64,000 nt of DNA from Macrostomum hystrix (taxonomy: Eukaryota > Animalia > Platyhelminthes). This document shows, piece after piece, positions 27,401 to 41,000 of this stretch. The notes under the pieces were generated by a model that worked only from the letters and a program-made list of their open reading frames with translations, did no database searches and had not been told where the DNA came from. Positions within the stretch are counted from its first letter, which is position 1. The number at the start of each line of letters is the position of its first letter. The position numbers and the translations under genes are program-made. The stretch lies in the NCBI GenBank assembly GCA_950097015.1, contig CATNEN010000003.1:310001-374000 (forward strand), read 5' to 3'.

Positions 27401-28010
27401 ACTAAGAATTGTCAACAAGTGTTAAAGCTGCACCTTTATCTAACCATTCTCTGCCGTTCCCGATTTCCCAATTAGGGATTAGTCCTGTTTATCTCAACCC
27501 AATCTTTTTCTCTGCTTTTATCCGAATGTGTGCATCCAGCGACGTTGTTGCTATCAGTCATTAGTAGTTTCTCATTTCCTTTGTACTTTGTGTTTTTTTA
27601 ATGCATGATTTTTGTCCCCAACTTGACCCTGAAGCAATTTTTTACCGTAACATTGCTCATGTAAGTGACCCACCCAAATGGTTTCATTTAATAATCTTGG
27701 GATAGTTAGAATTTAGATTAGAACATGTTTGTTTAATATTTACTATATTTTAGGGACTTCATTCATCACTCGATGATCTAATGCCCTGGGGCTATAAATA
27801 TGCATCTTATGTGTCAATTTAGGACAGAATCCAATTGTTTCTATGGCCAAAGTGTTAGTTCTCATTAGCACTGATTATTAATTCTGATTGTTAAAATTGA
27901 TTCACTGTGCTTATCAATCCTCGCTTGCAGCATCAAGTGCTTGCATTCCCGCACTGAATTCAATTTCAAGTTCAAGCACTATTGAACTTCGCTTATTAAC
28001 AACCGTGGAA

Positions 28011-31000
28011 ATGGCCGACGAATCCACCGCCGCACCGGCAGCCGAAGGCTTCCAGCCGCCAGAGGACTTCTTTGAAATCAGCGAGGATGGCGGAGTCTAC
28101 AAGAAGGTGCTGACAGAAGGCACAGGCGACGCGCAGCCGTCAAGTCAGGACAATGTCTTTGTTCACTACACCGGCACTCTGTTTGGCGGCCCGCGTGACG
28201 GCGAGAAATTCGACAGCTCGCGAGATCGCGGCGAACCGTTCAGCTTCAAACTGGGCACTGGCCAGGTCATCAAAGGCTGGGACACTGCGGTGAAGACAAT
28301 GCGCAAAGGCGAAGTCTGTGACATTGTGCTGCGCTCCGACTATGCCTATGGAAAATCTGGCAGCGGAGCCAACATTCCGCCCAACGCTGCGTTAAAGTTC
28401 AACATTGAACTGCTGCGCTGGGAAGGCGAAGATGTCAGCGAGGCCAAGGACAATGGCGTCATCAAGCACTGCCTGCACAAGGGCGAGGGCTATCAGAAGC
28501 CTGGTCTGGGTGCCATGGTTACGGTGTCTCTAGTTGGCAAACACGAAGGTCGCGAGTTCGACTCACGCACTGGACTGACGTTCGAGGTGGGCCTAGCGGA
28601 GGAGGCGGGCCTGCCGCAAGGCGTCGACCTCGCCGTTCGCAGCATGACCAAAGGCGAGAAGTCTGCGTTCAACGTGTCCGCCGCCTATTCTAAGGCACCC
28701 AACGTGCCTGCCGATGCTGAAGTAGTTTACGAGATTGAGCTGACCGAATTTGAGAAGATGAAGGAGAGCTGGGAGCTCAACGAAGAGGAGAAGTTGGCCC
28801 AGGCGGAGCTGCTCAAGGCTAAAGGCACCGAGTACTTCAAGAAGTCGAAGATGCGACCCGCGCTCACCTACTACAATCGGGTGGTGGACTTCCTCAAATG
28901 GGACTCCGGCTTCGAGGATAAGCCGGAGGAGTTGCGCAACCAGCGCACCGCCCTTCTGCTGGCCGCCAGATTAAACCTGAGCCTGGTGCACTTTAAGCTC
29001 GGCGATCATCGCCAGTGCATCGAGGAGGCCGACGAGGCTATCAAGCTGAATGCGGACTCCGCCAAGGCCTATTTCAGGCGCGGCCAGGCCCGCATGGCTG
29101 TACACGACTACGAGGAAGCTCGCCAAGACTTCGAGAAGGTAGCCCAGTTGGAGCCCGGCAACCAGGCCGCTGCGCAGCAGATCAACCTGGCCAAGCAGCG
29201 CGTCATCGACGAGCGCAACAAGCAGAAGAAGACTTTCTACGGCATGTTCGACAAGTTCGCCAAGCGAGACAACGCCACCACCACCGCTAAAGTTGACACG
29301 ACCACTGATCAGGTGAGGGCTTTTGTAGCACGCAATATTTTCTTAAATAATATATTTTAAAAACACGAAACGGAAGATGTGTGTCCATTCTGAAACTGAA
29401 ATTGTGTGTTCATTCGGAAACTTAAATTGTGTGTCTATTCCGACACTTAAATTGTCTATTCCAAAACTGAAAATGTGTGTCCATCAGCTTTCATTCTCGA
29501 ACTGAAACTCTCTGTGATAGACTTTCATGAACTATTTCTGCTTGTCAAGTGGGTTCGATTTACTTTCGATGCATCGTTGCTTTGTTCTCCTCTCCGAGTC
29601 GCACTGCAAATAAGTAGAATCCTAAAATTCAGTTCTTCAACGTTTACTTTTAAGTCCATTCGTTTTTCGTTAAAGCCTTTCAAATATGCCGATTGCCTTA
29701 GTCTGCAAATTGTTTGATGATAAATAAAGATTAATGGGAAGTAAAATTTCACAAAATGGTCAGAGGAAAGCGTTCTGCCCAGTTAGTTGTGCTATCGATT
29801 GGTTTTGTTAGCTTGAAGCATTTCAGTTTTGCCATTTAGGACAATAGAAGCTCTCTACCATAACTAGAGCCAATGTTTTGCGGAGCTCATTACCGCGTTG
29901 ATAATTAGTGCCTTTTTTAGCACCAATGTGGGCGAATTCTACTTTGTATTGTCTCCTTAGCCATTAGCTTTATTATAAAGATATTGGGTTAAGTGGCTCG
30001 TGCCATACTGATTAAGTCAATGACCTGGCTAATATGGCTCATATTAGGCTCAGTTTTTATTGCTGTGTACTGCATAAAATTCTTTTTGCTCATGGTTGTA
30101 AAACTCTTTGTGTATTGTTCTTACGATAATATTCATTATTCAAGTTGTGTTTTACGACCTTTTATTATGCAACTTATTGCTGTCTCTTCGATGGCTTTCA
30201 AGTGCTTTGCTATTTCCATGACTTTTCCACCAAATCCTTACAGTGATCCCTAACACCTTGGCATCAGTGATCCCTAACACCTTGGCATCAGTGATCCCTA
30301 ACACCTTGGCATCAGTGATCCCTAACACCTTGGCATCAGTTATCCTTAACACATTGGCATCAGTTCTCCCTAACACCTTGGCATCAGTAATCCCTAACAC
30401 CTTGGCATCAGTGATCCCTAACACCTTGGCATCAGTGATCCCTAACACCTTGGCATCAGTGATCCCTAACACCTTGGCATCAGTGATCCTTAACACCTTG
30501 GCATCAGGTATCCCTAACACCTAGGCATCAGTGATCCCTAACACCTTGGCATCAGTGATCCTTAACACCTTGGCATCAGGTATCCCTAACACCTGGGCAT
30601 CAGTGATCCCTAACACCTTGGCATCAGTGATCCTTAACACCTTGGCATCAGGTATCCCTAACACCTAGGCATCAGTGATCCTTAACACCTAGACATCAGT
30701 GATCCTTAAGACATTGGCATCAGGTATCCCTAACACCTAGGCATCAGTGATCCCTAACACCTAGACATCAGTGATCCCTAACACCTTGGCATCAGGTATC
30801 CCTAACACCTAGGCATCAGTGATCCCTAACACTTTGGCATCAATGGTCCTTAAGACATTGGCATCAGGTATCCCCAACACCTTGACATCAGTGATTCCTA
30901 ACACCTAGGCATCACCTTTCCTTAACTTCAGAAGCCAGCTGGCAAACCTTCGGATGCCACGGACAACGGCGAAGGACATTCTGGCGGCGACACGGCCGAA

Positions 31001-31015
31001 GCCATGGAGTCTTGA
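28011..31015 (+). CDS. FKBP4: FKBP52/FKBP51-type TPR immunophilin. Exons 28011-29312 and 30932-31015
   Basis: FK1 domain (VHYTGTL..KFDSSRDRGEPFSFKLGTGQVIKGWD..YAYG..IPPNAAL), FK2, three TPRs (KAKGTEYFK, AKAYFRRGQA) and KKTFYGMFDKFA. Phase-0 intron leads to KPAGKPS..AMES*. FKBP4 versus FKBP5 cannot be resolved for an invertebrate. Confidence 0.88.
30241..30915. repeat. 24-bp minisatellite (cagtgatccctaacaccttggcat), about 28 copies, abutting the FKBP last-intron acceptor
   Basis: Tandem copies run up to the ttaacttcag acceptor ending at 30931. Confidence 0.95.
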
Positions 31016-32602
31016 GAATGCCTACTGACCCGTGGCTCATAGAGCACCCGTCATTTTGGACTCGAGTTTTTTAGTTAACTCCAATGCGCAAAATAAACTT
31101 TGATAGCAACAGCAAAAGTCCTAAATACACTATGATACTGAAGGCTTGGTGTAAGTCTAGGCCTTCTGTACTAATAATTGCTTACTCCAGTTCCAAGCAT
31201 TTTCTACTGTTGTTTCGCACCGTCAATATTTGAGCTGCCCAGATAAAACTTACAAAGTTCTCTTTTTTCTTGGAAGTCATCGTTTAAAGCGTAATATTTC
31301 TTTTTTTACTTTGCTATCATTCATTATAATATTTTCTATACAAACATTTACTAGGGACTTTCCACGTATATTGTTTAGTTAGTTTCCAAGGCTATTCTAT
31401 TCAATGCTGTCTTGTGTGCGCCAATTTTCACTTTTTAGGCACGTAATCTGAGTATCGATTTGATCAAATAAACGGCAATTTACCTGAATAAAGCCACCCA
31501 GATGCGCCACCTTACCATTGTCCATCTCTCTGCTATTAAAATGAAAAATTCAAATGAATTTCAGTGGGATCTAATTATTTAAATATTCAGTGTGATCAAT
31601 TGCGTGCTACAGTTGCAGTTTTTGTTAATCAAACGATAATTGCTCCTAAATGTAAATTTACCTGTTTCAAAACAGTTCGAAACTGCCATTTAAAATTCAT
31701 TTAAATTTGCACATTCATTTACCTTACAATCAATTGTGACGTCAGCAATATGCTTTTGTATGGAGCACCAATGCTCAGAGAATTAAAAAAAGTTAACAAG
31801 CTAGTGGCTGTATTTACATTTGCTGGCTTTGCTAGGGTGCAGGCAAAGAACTCAGCGCTTACGAGCCTCGTATTGCGCCTCGTATATCTGAGGTAGAGTT
31901 TGTTGAACTTGCTAAAAATTAATTTCAATAATTTCTGGCGCAGCGACAACCCGAGAACTGGCTTTTAGACCGATAAAGCTCTTAAAATATTTGCTTTTTC
32001 ATTTTTTTATTCATATTTGCATCCTCTGCCACGGTCTTCGCTCTTTAGCCACTCCCAATTTGCCTCCCATTGTTTGGCGTTAAGCTCTCTGAAAAGCTTC
32101 TTCAATCCTATCTTGGTTCTATTGAAGCTATTGTGATAGAAATGCAGCCAAGGCCCACTTGCCTGTACCAGTATCATCTGTCCCTGGCTATATATGCACC
32201 TGTGATTGTGATTGCATTTTGTGTGACCAGAGAAGCATTGATGCCAAATCCAGTTATCCGACCCGAGTTTCCTACGATGCCTAATCATATTTTCGAGCAG
32301 CCCGTGTGGGTGTGGTGTGGCGATTCGCGCAGAGACTCGGAGTGGGTAGGATATTCACTCTTGCCTCATCCGGCCAGGGAAATTCCCAGCCTCCGCCCCA
32401 ATCCGCGTCCCGTCGGCCCTTATTGGTCGCTTCGCAGCTGCATTAAAGGATGCCAACTCGGCGCTCCCTCCTCACTTCTCGGCGCCTGGAATCAGCAGCT
32501 GAAGGCCAGCTGAAAGTCTCGCACACCATCTCTGCTGTTCTAACCTCGCCACTCGCCAGCTTGTCCAGCCTGCCCGCCTAGCCAGTTCGTAGCAGCAGCA
32601 GC

Positions 32603-33109
32603 ATGACACCGACAAAGCCGGCGCTTGCCGCCTTGTCCGCCGTCCTCTTCCTCCTATTGGCCGTTGCTGGCTTCTGCTCTGCGGAAGAGTCTCACGGCCA
32701 CCATCTCGAGGGTCAGCATCACAACGCCAAGCGCTTTATCGGATCGGACTCCGACCGCTTCAAGCGCTTCTACCAGGACTCCGACCGCTTCAAGCGCTTC
32801 TACCAGGACTCCGACCGCTTCAAGCGCTTCTACCAGGACTCCGACCGATTCAAGCGCTTCTACCACGACTCGGACAGGTTTAAGCGCTTCTATCTGGACT
32901 CCGACCGCTTCAAGCGTTTTTACGGTGGTGACGCCGATCGTTTTAAGAAGTTTTTCGGTGGCAGTGACCGTTTCAAGCGCTTCTTTGGTGGCGGCGACCG
33001 TTTCAAGAAGTTCTTCGACGGCGGCGACCGTTTCAAGAAGTTCTTCGACGGCGGCGATCGTTTTAAGCGGTTCTACGGCGAAGAGTCCGACCGATTCAAG
33101 CGGTCCTAA
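32603..33109 (+). CDS. Secreted neuropeptide/prohormone precursor, 168 aa, with 12 tandem F-x(4-5)-DRF peptides
   Basis: Signal peptide (MTPTKPALAALSAVLFLLLAVAGFCSA), His-rich spacer, 12 units separated by KR/KK. Synonymous codon variation between units (ttc/ttt, cgc/cga/cgt/agg) with protein motif preserved. Confidence 0.9.
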   Translation: MTPTKPALAALSAVLFLLLAVAGFCSAEESHGHHLEGQHHNAKRFIGSDSDRFKRFYQDSDRFKRFYQDSDRFKRFYQDSDRFKRFYHDSDRFKRFYLDSDRFKRFYGGDADRFKKFFGGSDRFKRFFGGGDRFKKFFDGGDRFKKFFDGGDRFKRFYGEESDRFKRS

Positions 33110-34726
33110 ACCCGCAAGCGGCTCGGTCTTGAACTGTTATTAGGCTAGTAGATACTACATTCTGATAAGATGCGATGGCATCGTTGGCTGCGATGATAAT
33201 ATAACTGGATCCCACACTGCATGGGCCTGCACCCATTCACCTAATAACGCCTCTTTACAACACCTTCGTGATATTCCCACTCGCAATATTTTGACATTAT
33301 TAATATGACTACTATTGTTTCTTTTAGTTGCTTGCAATAAGAACACACATTTTGCTAAGTAGAACGAAGCGCGATTTGGTAAAACTACGGAGTCACTCGG
33401 TTTGCCTGTGTTGAACCGGGTCGCGCAGTGACAGTGACGAGGTCCCTCGAGAAACCCAAGCGTGCCGGAACCAATTGTGCAGCGCTGCAGCAGCAGATCC
33501 TATTTCACTACGGAACAGACCTTGCAACAATAGAACAAAAGCAATATTAGCGCAGTCCAACTGCAGAACAGCTTTCTCTGCGGGTAGCGTTTTACCAGAA
33601 AGTGTGCAATCGAGCTGCAGTGCCTTTCTATTTACTTTACGATCGAGTAAATGCAGAGAATATTTGCAAGAAAATGCTTGCAAATTTTGCCTGCTCAATA
33701 AAAAATACGAGCATTTCAAGGATAGCATCAGATGATTGCGCTTCATACCATCGCCTGATTATAACTCAAGTTTCTGAACTCCATGGTTAAAATATTGCAC
33801 GAGAAACGTCGAATTCCAAAGCGTCTTATCGCTAGTCTCAAACAATTGCTTCTTTAGTCTGCACTTTCAAACGCAAGTTCTGCTCTTGGCTGTTACTGTC
33901 GGCTGAAATAGCTTTCGTGAGACAAGTAGTCAAATTTCTTCTTGCAGCTTAAGAAATTTTCGCCCACTTGTATGGCATATGAGGTGGCCAAGAATTCATA
34001 TGCCGATCCTGGGCTTGCTTGAGTTGCAAAAATCAATGCCTACATGTATGCATCATGCTATATTTTCTAGAGAACTAATAACAAAACACTCAATGACAAT
34101 CGAGACTATCTGCTAGTCGTCGGTTCTCTCCGCTTTGTGAACAACTGTTGAAGGGAATATCGTGCACAGCTAAAGTGCAGGCTACTTTTAATATTCATAA
34201 CTGTAAACCTGTACCTGATCGCTATTAGTCTAATCGACCAAGTTGCTGCCAGACGGAGGGTTGGTCCACCTGTGGCCAGGTTCCCTTGGGATTGCAGCTT
34301 TGACAAGTTGGGCAGTCTTGAAATTTACTGATAACAGTGCGAAAATCTTTCCGACTAACTTCCCCGAATTCTGAAGTTAATAAATCCCTTGCCTGAATGG
34401 CAGAAGCCGTTATCTCCTGCTGCTTTTCGTTCCCAAATCAGATGAAATCCTCATGGGACAGCACCCGAGCGAGACCGCATTAAAAAAATTGCAATGATGC
34501 AGTCTGCTTAAACAGAAAACATTTGCCATAAAATTCGCTTACCGTGTCCGCAAGCCTGCTTGAGTTTCCAATCACCATACGCTAAATTGTCTGCTCTGGC
34601 AAACAAAACTATTTGGCTGCAAATGTGTTTTGTGAATTATCTGAGAATTATTGGCAGATACCGCAAAGGATGACTGGCCAATGAGGATATCAAGAATTGG
34701 GCATGCAGGGGATCCGGTGTTTTACA

Positions 34727-35090
34727 GATAAGAATCAGATGGATAGATGATCAACCAGCAATGAGAATCAGATGGATAGATGATCAACCAGCAATGAAAA
34801 TCAGATGGATAGATGATCAACCAGCAATGAGAATCAGATGGATAGATGATCAACCAGAAATGAGAATCAGAGAGATGATCAACCAGAAATGAGAATCAGA
34901 TGGATAGATGATCAACCAGCAATGAGAATCAGATGGATAGATGATCAACCAGCAATGAGAATCAGATGGATAGATGATCAACCAGCAATGAGAATCAGAT
35001 GGATAGATGATCAACCAGCAATGAGAATCAGATGGATAGATGATCAACCAGCAATGAGAATCAGATGGATAGATGATCAACCAGCAATGA
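34727..35090. repeat. 33-bp satellite head (atgagaatcagatggatagatgatcaaccagca)
   Basis: About 10 copies plus one shorter intermediate unit near 34860; related to the adjacent 28-mer. Confidence 0.95.
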
Positions 35091-38000
35091 GAATCAGAGA
35101 GATGATCAATAGCGATGAGAATCAGAGAGATGATCAATTGCGATGAGAATCAGAGAGAGGATCAATAGCGATGAGAATCAGAGAGAGGATCAATAGCGAT
35201 GAGAATCAGAGAGATGATCAATAGCGATGAGAATCAGAGAGATGATCAATAGCGATGAGAATCAGAGAGATGATCAATAGCGATGAGAATCAGAGAGCTG
35301 ATCAATAGCGATGAGAATCAGAGAGAGGATCAATAGCGATGAGAATCAGAGAGATGATCAATAGCGATGAGAATCAGAGAGAGGATCAATAGCGATGAGA
35401 ATCAGAGAGATGATCAATAGCGATGAGAATCAGAGAGATGATCAATAGCGATGAGAATCAGAGAGATGATCAATAGCGATGAGAATCAGAGAGAGGATCA
35501 ATAGCGATGAGAATCAGAGAGATGATCAATAGCGATGAGAATCAGAGAGATGATCAATAGCGATGAGAATCAGAGAGAGGATCAATAGCGATGAGAATCA
35601 GAGAGAGGATCAATAGCGATGAGAATCAGAGAGATGATCAATAGCGATGAGAATCAGAGAGAGGATCAATAGCGATGAGAATAAGAGAGATGATCAATAG
35701 CGATGAGAATCAGAGAGAGGATCAATAGCGATGAGAATCAGAGAGAGGATCAATAGCGATGAGAATCAGAGAGAGGATCAATAGCGATGAGAATCAGAGA
35801 GATGATCAATAGCGATGAGAATCAGAGAGATGATCAATAGCGATGAGAATCAGAGAGATGATCAATAGCGATGAGAATCAGAGAGAGGATCAATAGCGAT
35901 GAGAATCAGAGAGAGGATCAATAGCGATGAGAATCAGAGAGATGATCAATAGCGATGAGAATCAGAGAGATGATCAATAGCGATGAGAATCAGAGAGATG
36001 ATCAATAGCGATGAGAATCAGAGAGATGATCAATAGCGATGAGAATCAGAGAGAGGATCAATAGCGATGAGAATCAGAGAGATGATCAATAGCGATGAGA
36101 ATCAGAGAGATGATCAATAGCGATGAGAATCAGAGAGAGGATCAATGGCGATGAGAATCAGAGAGAGGATCAATAGCGATGAGAATCAGAGAGATGATCA
36201 ATAGCGATGAGAATCAGAGAGAGGATCAATAGCGATGAGAATCAGAGAGATGATCAATAGCGATGAGAATCAGAGAGAGGATCAATAGCGATGAGAATCA
36301 GAGAGATGATCAATAGCGATGAGAATCAGAGAGAGGATCAATAGCGATGAGAATCAGAGAGATGATCAATAGCGATGAGAATCAGAGAGAGGATCAATAG
36401 CGATGAGAATCAGAGAGATGATCAATAGCGATGAGAATCAGAGAGATGATCAATAGCGATGAGAATCAGAGAGAGGATCAATAGCGATGAGAATCAGAGA
36501 GATGATCAATAGCGATGAGAATCAGAGAGATGATCAATAGCGATGAGAATCAGATAGATGATCAATAGCGATGAGAATCAGAGAGAGGATCAATAGCGAT
36601 GAGAATCAGAGAGAGGATCAATAGCGATGAGAATCAGAGAGATGATCAATAGCGATGAGAATCAGATAGATGATCAATAGCGATGAGAATCAGAGAGAGG
36701 ATCAATAGCGATGAGAATCAGAGAGATGATCAATAGCGATGAGAATCAGAGAGATGATCAATAGCGATGAGAATCAGAGAGATGATCAATAGCAATGAGA
36801 ATCAGAGAGAGGATCAATAGCGATGAGAATCAGAGAGATGATCAATAGCGATGAGAATCAGAGAGATGATCAATAGCGATGAGAATCAGAGAGATGATCA
36901 ATAGCGATGAGAATCAGAGAGATGATCAATAGCGATGAGAATCAGAGAGAGGATCAATAGCGATGAGAATCAGAGAGATGATCAATAGCGATGAGAATCA
37001 GATAGATGATCAATAGCGATGAGAATCAGAGAGATGATCAATAGCGATGAGAATCAGAGAGATGATCAATAGCGATGAGAATCAGAGAGAGGATCAATAG
37101 CGATGAGAATCAGAGAGAGTATCAATAGCGATGAGAATCAGAGAGATGATCAATAGCGATGAGAATCAGAGAGAGGATCAATAGCGATGAGAATCAGAGA
37201 GATGATCAATAGCGATGAGAATCAGAGAGAGGATCAATAGCGATGAGAATCAGAGAGATGATCAATAGCGATGAGAATCAGAGAGAGGATCAATAGCGAT
37301 GAGAATCAGAGAGATGATCAATAGCGATGAGAATCAGAGAGATGATCAATAGCGATGAGAATCAGAGAGAGGATCAATAGCGATGAGAATCAGAGAGATG
37401 ATCAATAGCGATGAGAATCAGAGAGATGATCAATAGCGATGAGAATCAGATAGATGATCAATAGCGATGAGAATCAGAGAGAGGATCAATAGCGATGAGA
37501 ATCAGAGAGAGGATCAATAGCGATGAGAATCAGAGAGATGATCAATAGCGATGAGAATCAGATAGATGATCAATAGCGATGAGAATCAGAGAGAGGATCA
37601 ATAGCGATGAGAATCAGAGAGATGATCAATAGCGATGAGAATCAGAGAGATGATCAATAGCGATGAGAATCAGAGAGAGGATCAATAGCGATGAGAATCA
37701 GAGAGAGGATCAATAGCGATGAGAATCAGAGAGATGATCAATAGCGATGAGAATCAGAGAGATGATCAATAGCGATGAGAATCAGAGAGATGATCAATAG
37801 CGATGAGAATCAGAGAGAGGATCAATAGCGATGAGAATCAGAGAGAGGATCAATAGCGATGAGAATCAGAGAGATGATCAATAGCGATGAGAATCAGAGA
37901 GAGGATCAATGGCGATGAGAATCAGAGAGAGGATCAATAGCGATGAGAATCAGAGAGATGATCAATAGCGATGAGAATCAGAGAGAGGATCAATAGCGAT

Positions 38001-41000
38001 GAGAATCAGAGAGATGATCAATAGCGATGAGAATCAGAGAGAGGATCAATAGCGATGAGAATCAGAGAGATGATCAATAGCGATGAGAATCAGATAGATG
38101 ATCAATAGCGATGAGAATCAGAGAGAGGATCAATAGCGATGAGAATCAGAGAGAGGATCAATAGCGATGAGAATCAGAGAGATGATCAATAGCGATGAGA
38201 ATCAGATAGATGATCAATAGCGATGAGAATCAGAGAGAGGATCAATAGCGATGAGAATCAGAGAGATGATCAATAGCGATGAGAATCAGAGAGATGATCA
38301 ATAGCGATGAGAATCAGAGAGATGATCAATAGCGATGAGAATCAGAGAGAGGATCAATAGCGATGAGAATCAGAGAGAGGATCAATAGCGATGAGAATCA
38401 GAGAGATGATCAATAGCGATGAGAATCAGAGAGAGGATCAATAGCGATGAGAATCAGAGAGATGATCAATAGCGATGAGAATCAGAGAGATGATCAATAG
38501 CGATGAGAATCAGAGAGAGGATCAATAGCGATGAGAATCAGAGAGATGATCAATAGCGATGAGAATCAGAGAGAGGATCAATAGCGATGAGAATCAGAGA
38601 GATGATCAATAGCGATGAGAATCAGAGAGAGGATCAATAGCGATGAGAATCAGAGAGATGATCAATAGCGATGAGAATCAGAGAGATGATCAATAGCGAT
38701 GAGAATCAGAGAGAGGATCAATAGCGATGAGAATCAGAGGGATGATCAATAGCGATGAGAATCAGAGAGATGATCAATAGCGATGAGAATCAGATAGATG
38801 ATCAATAGCGATGAGAATCAGAGAGAGGATCAATAGCGATGAGAATCAGAGAGAGGATCAATAGCGATGAGAATCAGAGAGATGATCAATAGCGATGAGA
38901 ATCAGATAGATGATCAATAGCGATGAGAATCAGAGAGAGGATCAATAGCGATGAGAATCAGAGAGATGATCAATAGCGATGAGAATCAGAGAGATGATCA
39001 ATAGCGATGAGAATCAGAGAGATGATCAATAGCGATGAGAATCAGAGAGAGGATCAATAGCGATGAGAATCAGAGAGATGATCAATAGCGATGAGAATCA
39101 GAGAGATGATCAATAGCGATGAGAATCAGAGAGATGATCAATAGCGATGAGAATCAGAGAGATGATCAATAGCGATGAGAATCAGAGAGAGGATCAATAG
39201 CGATGAGAATCAGAGAGATGATCAATAGCGATGAGAATCAGATAGATGATCAATAGCGATGAGAATCAGAGAGATGATCAATAGCGATGAGAATCAGAGA
39301 GATGATCAATAGCGATGAGAATCAGAGAGAGGATCAATAGCGATGAGAATCAGAGAGAGTATCAATAGCGATGAGAATCAGAGAGATGATCAATAGCGAT
39401 GAGAATCAGAGAGAGGATCAATAGCGATGAGAATCAGAGAGATGATCAATAGCGATGAGAATCAGAGAGAGGATCAATAGCGATGAGAATCAGAGAGATG
39501 ATCAATAGCGATGAGAATCAGAGAGAGGATCAATAGCGATGAGAATCAGAGAGATGATCAATAGCGATGAGAATCAGAGAGATGATCAATAGCGATGAGA
39601 ATCAGAGAGAGGATCAATAGCGATGAGAATCAGAGAGATGATCAATAGCGATGAGAATCAGAGAGATGATCAATAGCGATGAGAATCAGATAGATGATCA
39701 ATAGCGATGAGAATCAGAGAGAGGATCAATAGCGATGAGAATCAGAGAGAGGATCAATAGCGATGAGAATCAGAGAGATGATCAATAGCGATGAGAATCA
39801 GATAGATGATCAATAGCGATGAGAATCAGAGAGAGGATCAATAGCGATGAGAATCAGAGAGATGATCAATAGCGATGAGAATCAGAGAGATGATCAATAG
39901 CGATGAGAATCAGAGAGAGGATCAATAGCGATGAGAATCAGAGAGAGGATCAATAGCGATGAGAATCAGAGAGATGATCAATAGCGATGAGAATCAGAGA
40001 GATGATCAATAGCGATGAGAATCAGAGAGATGATCAATAGCGATGAGAATCAGAGAGATGATCAATAGCGATGAGAATCAGAGAGATGATCAATAGCGAT
40101 GAGAATCAGAGAGATGATCAATAGCGATGAGAATCAGAGAGATGATCAATAGCGATGAGAATCAGAGAGATGATCAATAGCGATGAGAATCAGAGAGATG
40201 ATCAATAGCGATGAGAATCAGAGAGAGGATCAATAGCGATGAGAATCAGAGAGAGGATCAATAGCGATGAGAATCAGAGAGATGATCAATAGCGATGAGA
40301 ATCAGAGAGAGGATCAATAGCGATGAGAATCAGAGAGATGATCAATAGCGATGAGAATCAGAGAGATGATCAATAGCGATGAGAATCAGAGAGATGATCA
40401 ATAGCGATGAGAATCAGAGAGAGGATCAATAGCGATGAGAATCAGAGAGATGATCAATAGCGATGAGAATCAGATAGATGATCAATAGCGATGAGAATCA
40501 GAGAGAGGATCAATAGCGATGAGAATCAGAGAGAGGATCAATAGCGATGAGAATCAGAGAGATGATCAATAGCGATGAGAATCAGATAGATGATCAATAG
40601 CGATGAGAATCAGAGAGAGGATCAATAGCGATGAGAATCAGAGAGATGATCAATAGCGATGAGAATCAGAGAGATGATCAATAGCGATGAGAATCAGAGA
40701 GATGATCAATAGCGATGAGAATCAGAGAGAGGATCAATAGCGATGAGAATCAGAGAGAGGATCAATAGCGATGAGAATCAGAGAGAGGATCAATAGCGAT
40801 GAGAATCAGAGAGAGGATCAATAGCGATGAGAATCAGAGAGATGATCAATAGCGATGAGAATCAGAGAGATGATCAATAGCGATGAGAATCAGAGAGATG
40901 ATCAATAGCGATGAGAATCAGAGAGAGGATCAATAGCGATGAGAATCAGAGAGATGATCAATAGCGATGAGAATCAGAGAGATGATCAATAGCGATGAGA

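Noticed and set aside
27888-28010. N-terminal extension of FKBP from a TTG start
   Set aside because: Non-ATG start, AT-rich, and contains an acceptor-like site. The ATG at 28011 begins the coding-like sequence.
32603-33109. FMRFamide-like (RFamide) precursor call
   Set aside because: No Gly between RF and the dibasic sites, so amidation is not encoded.
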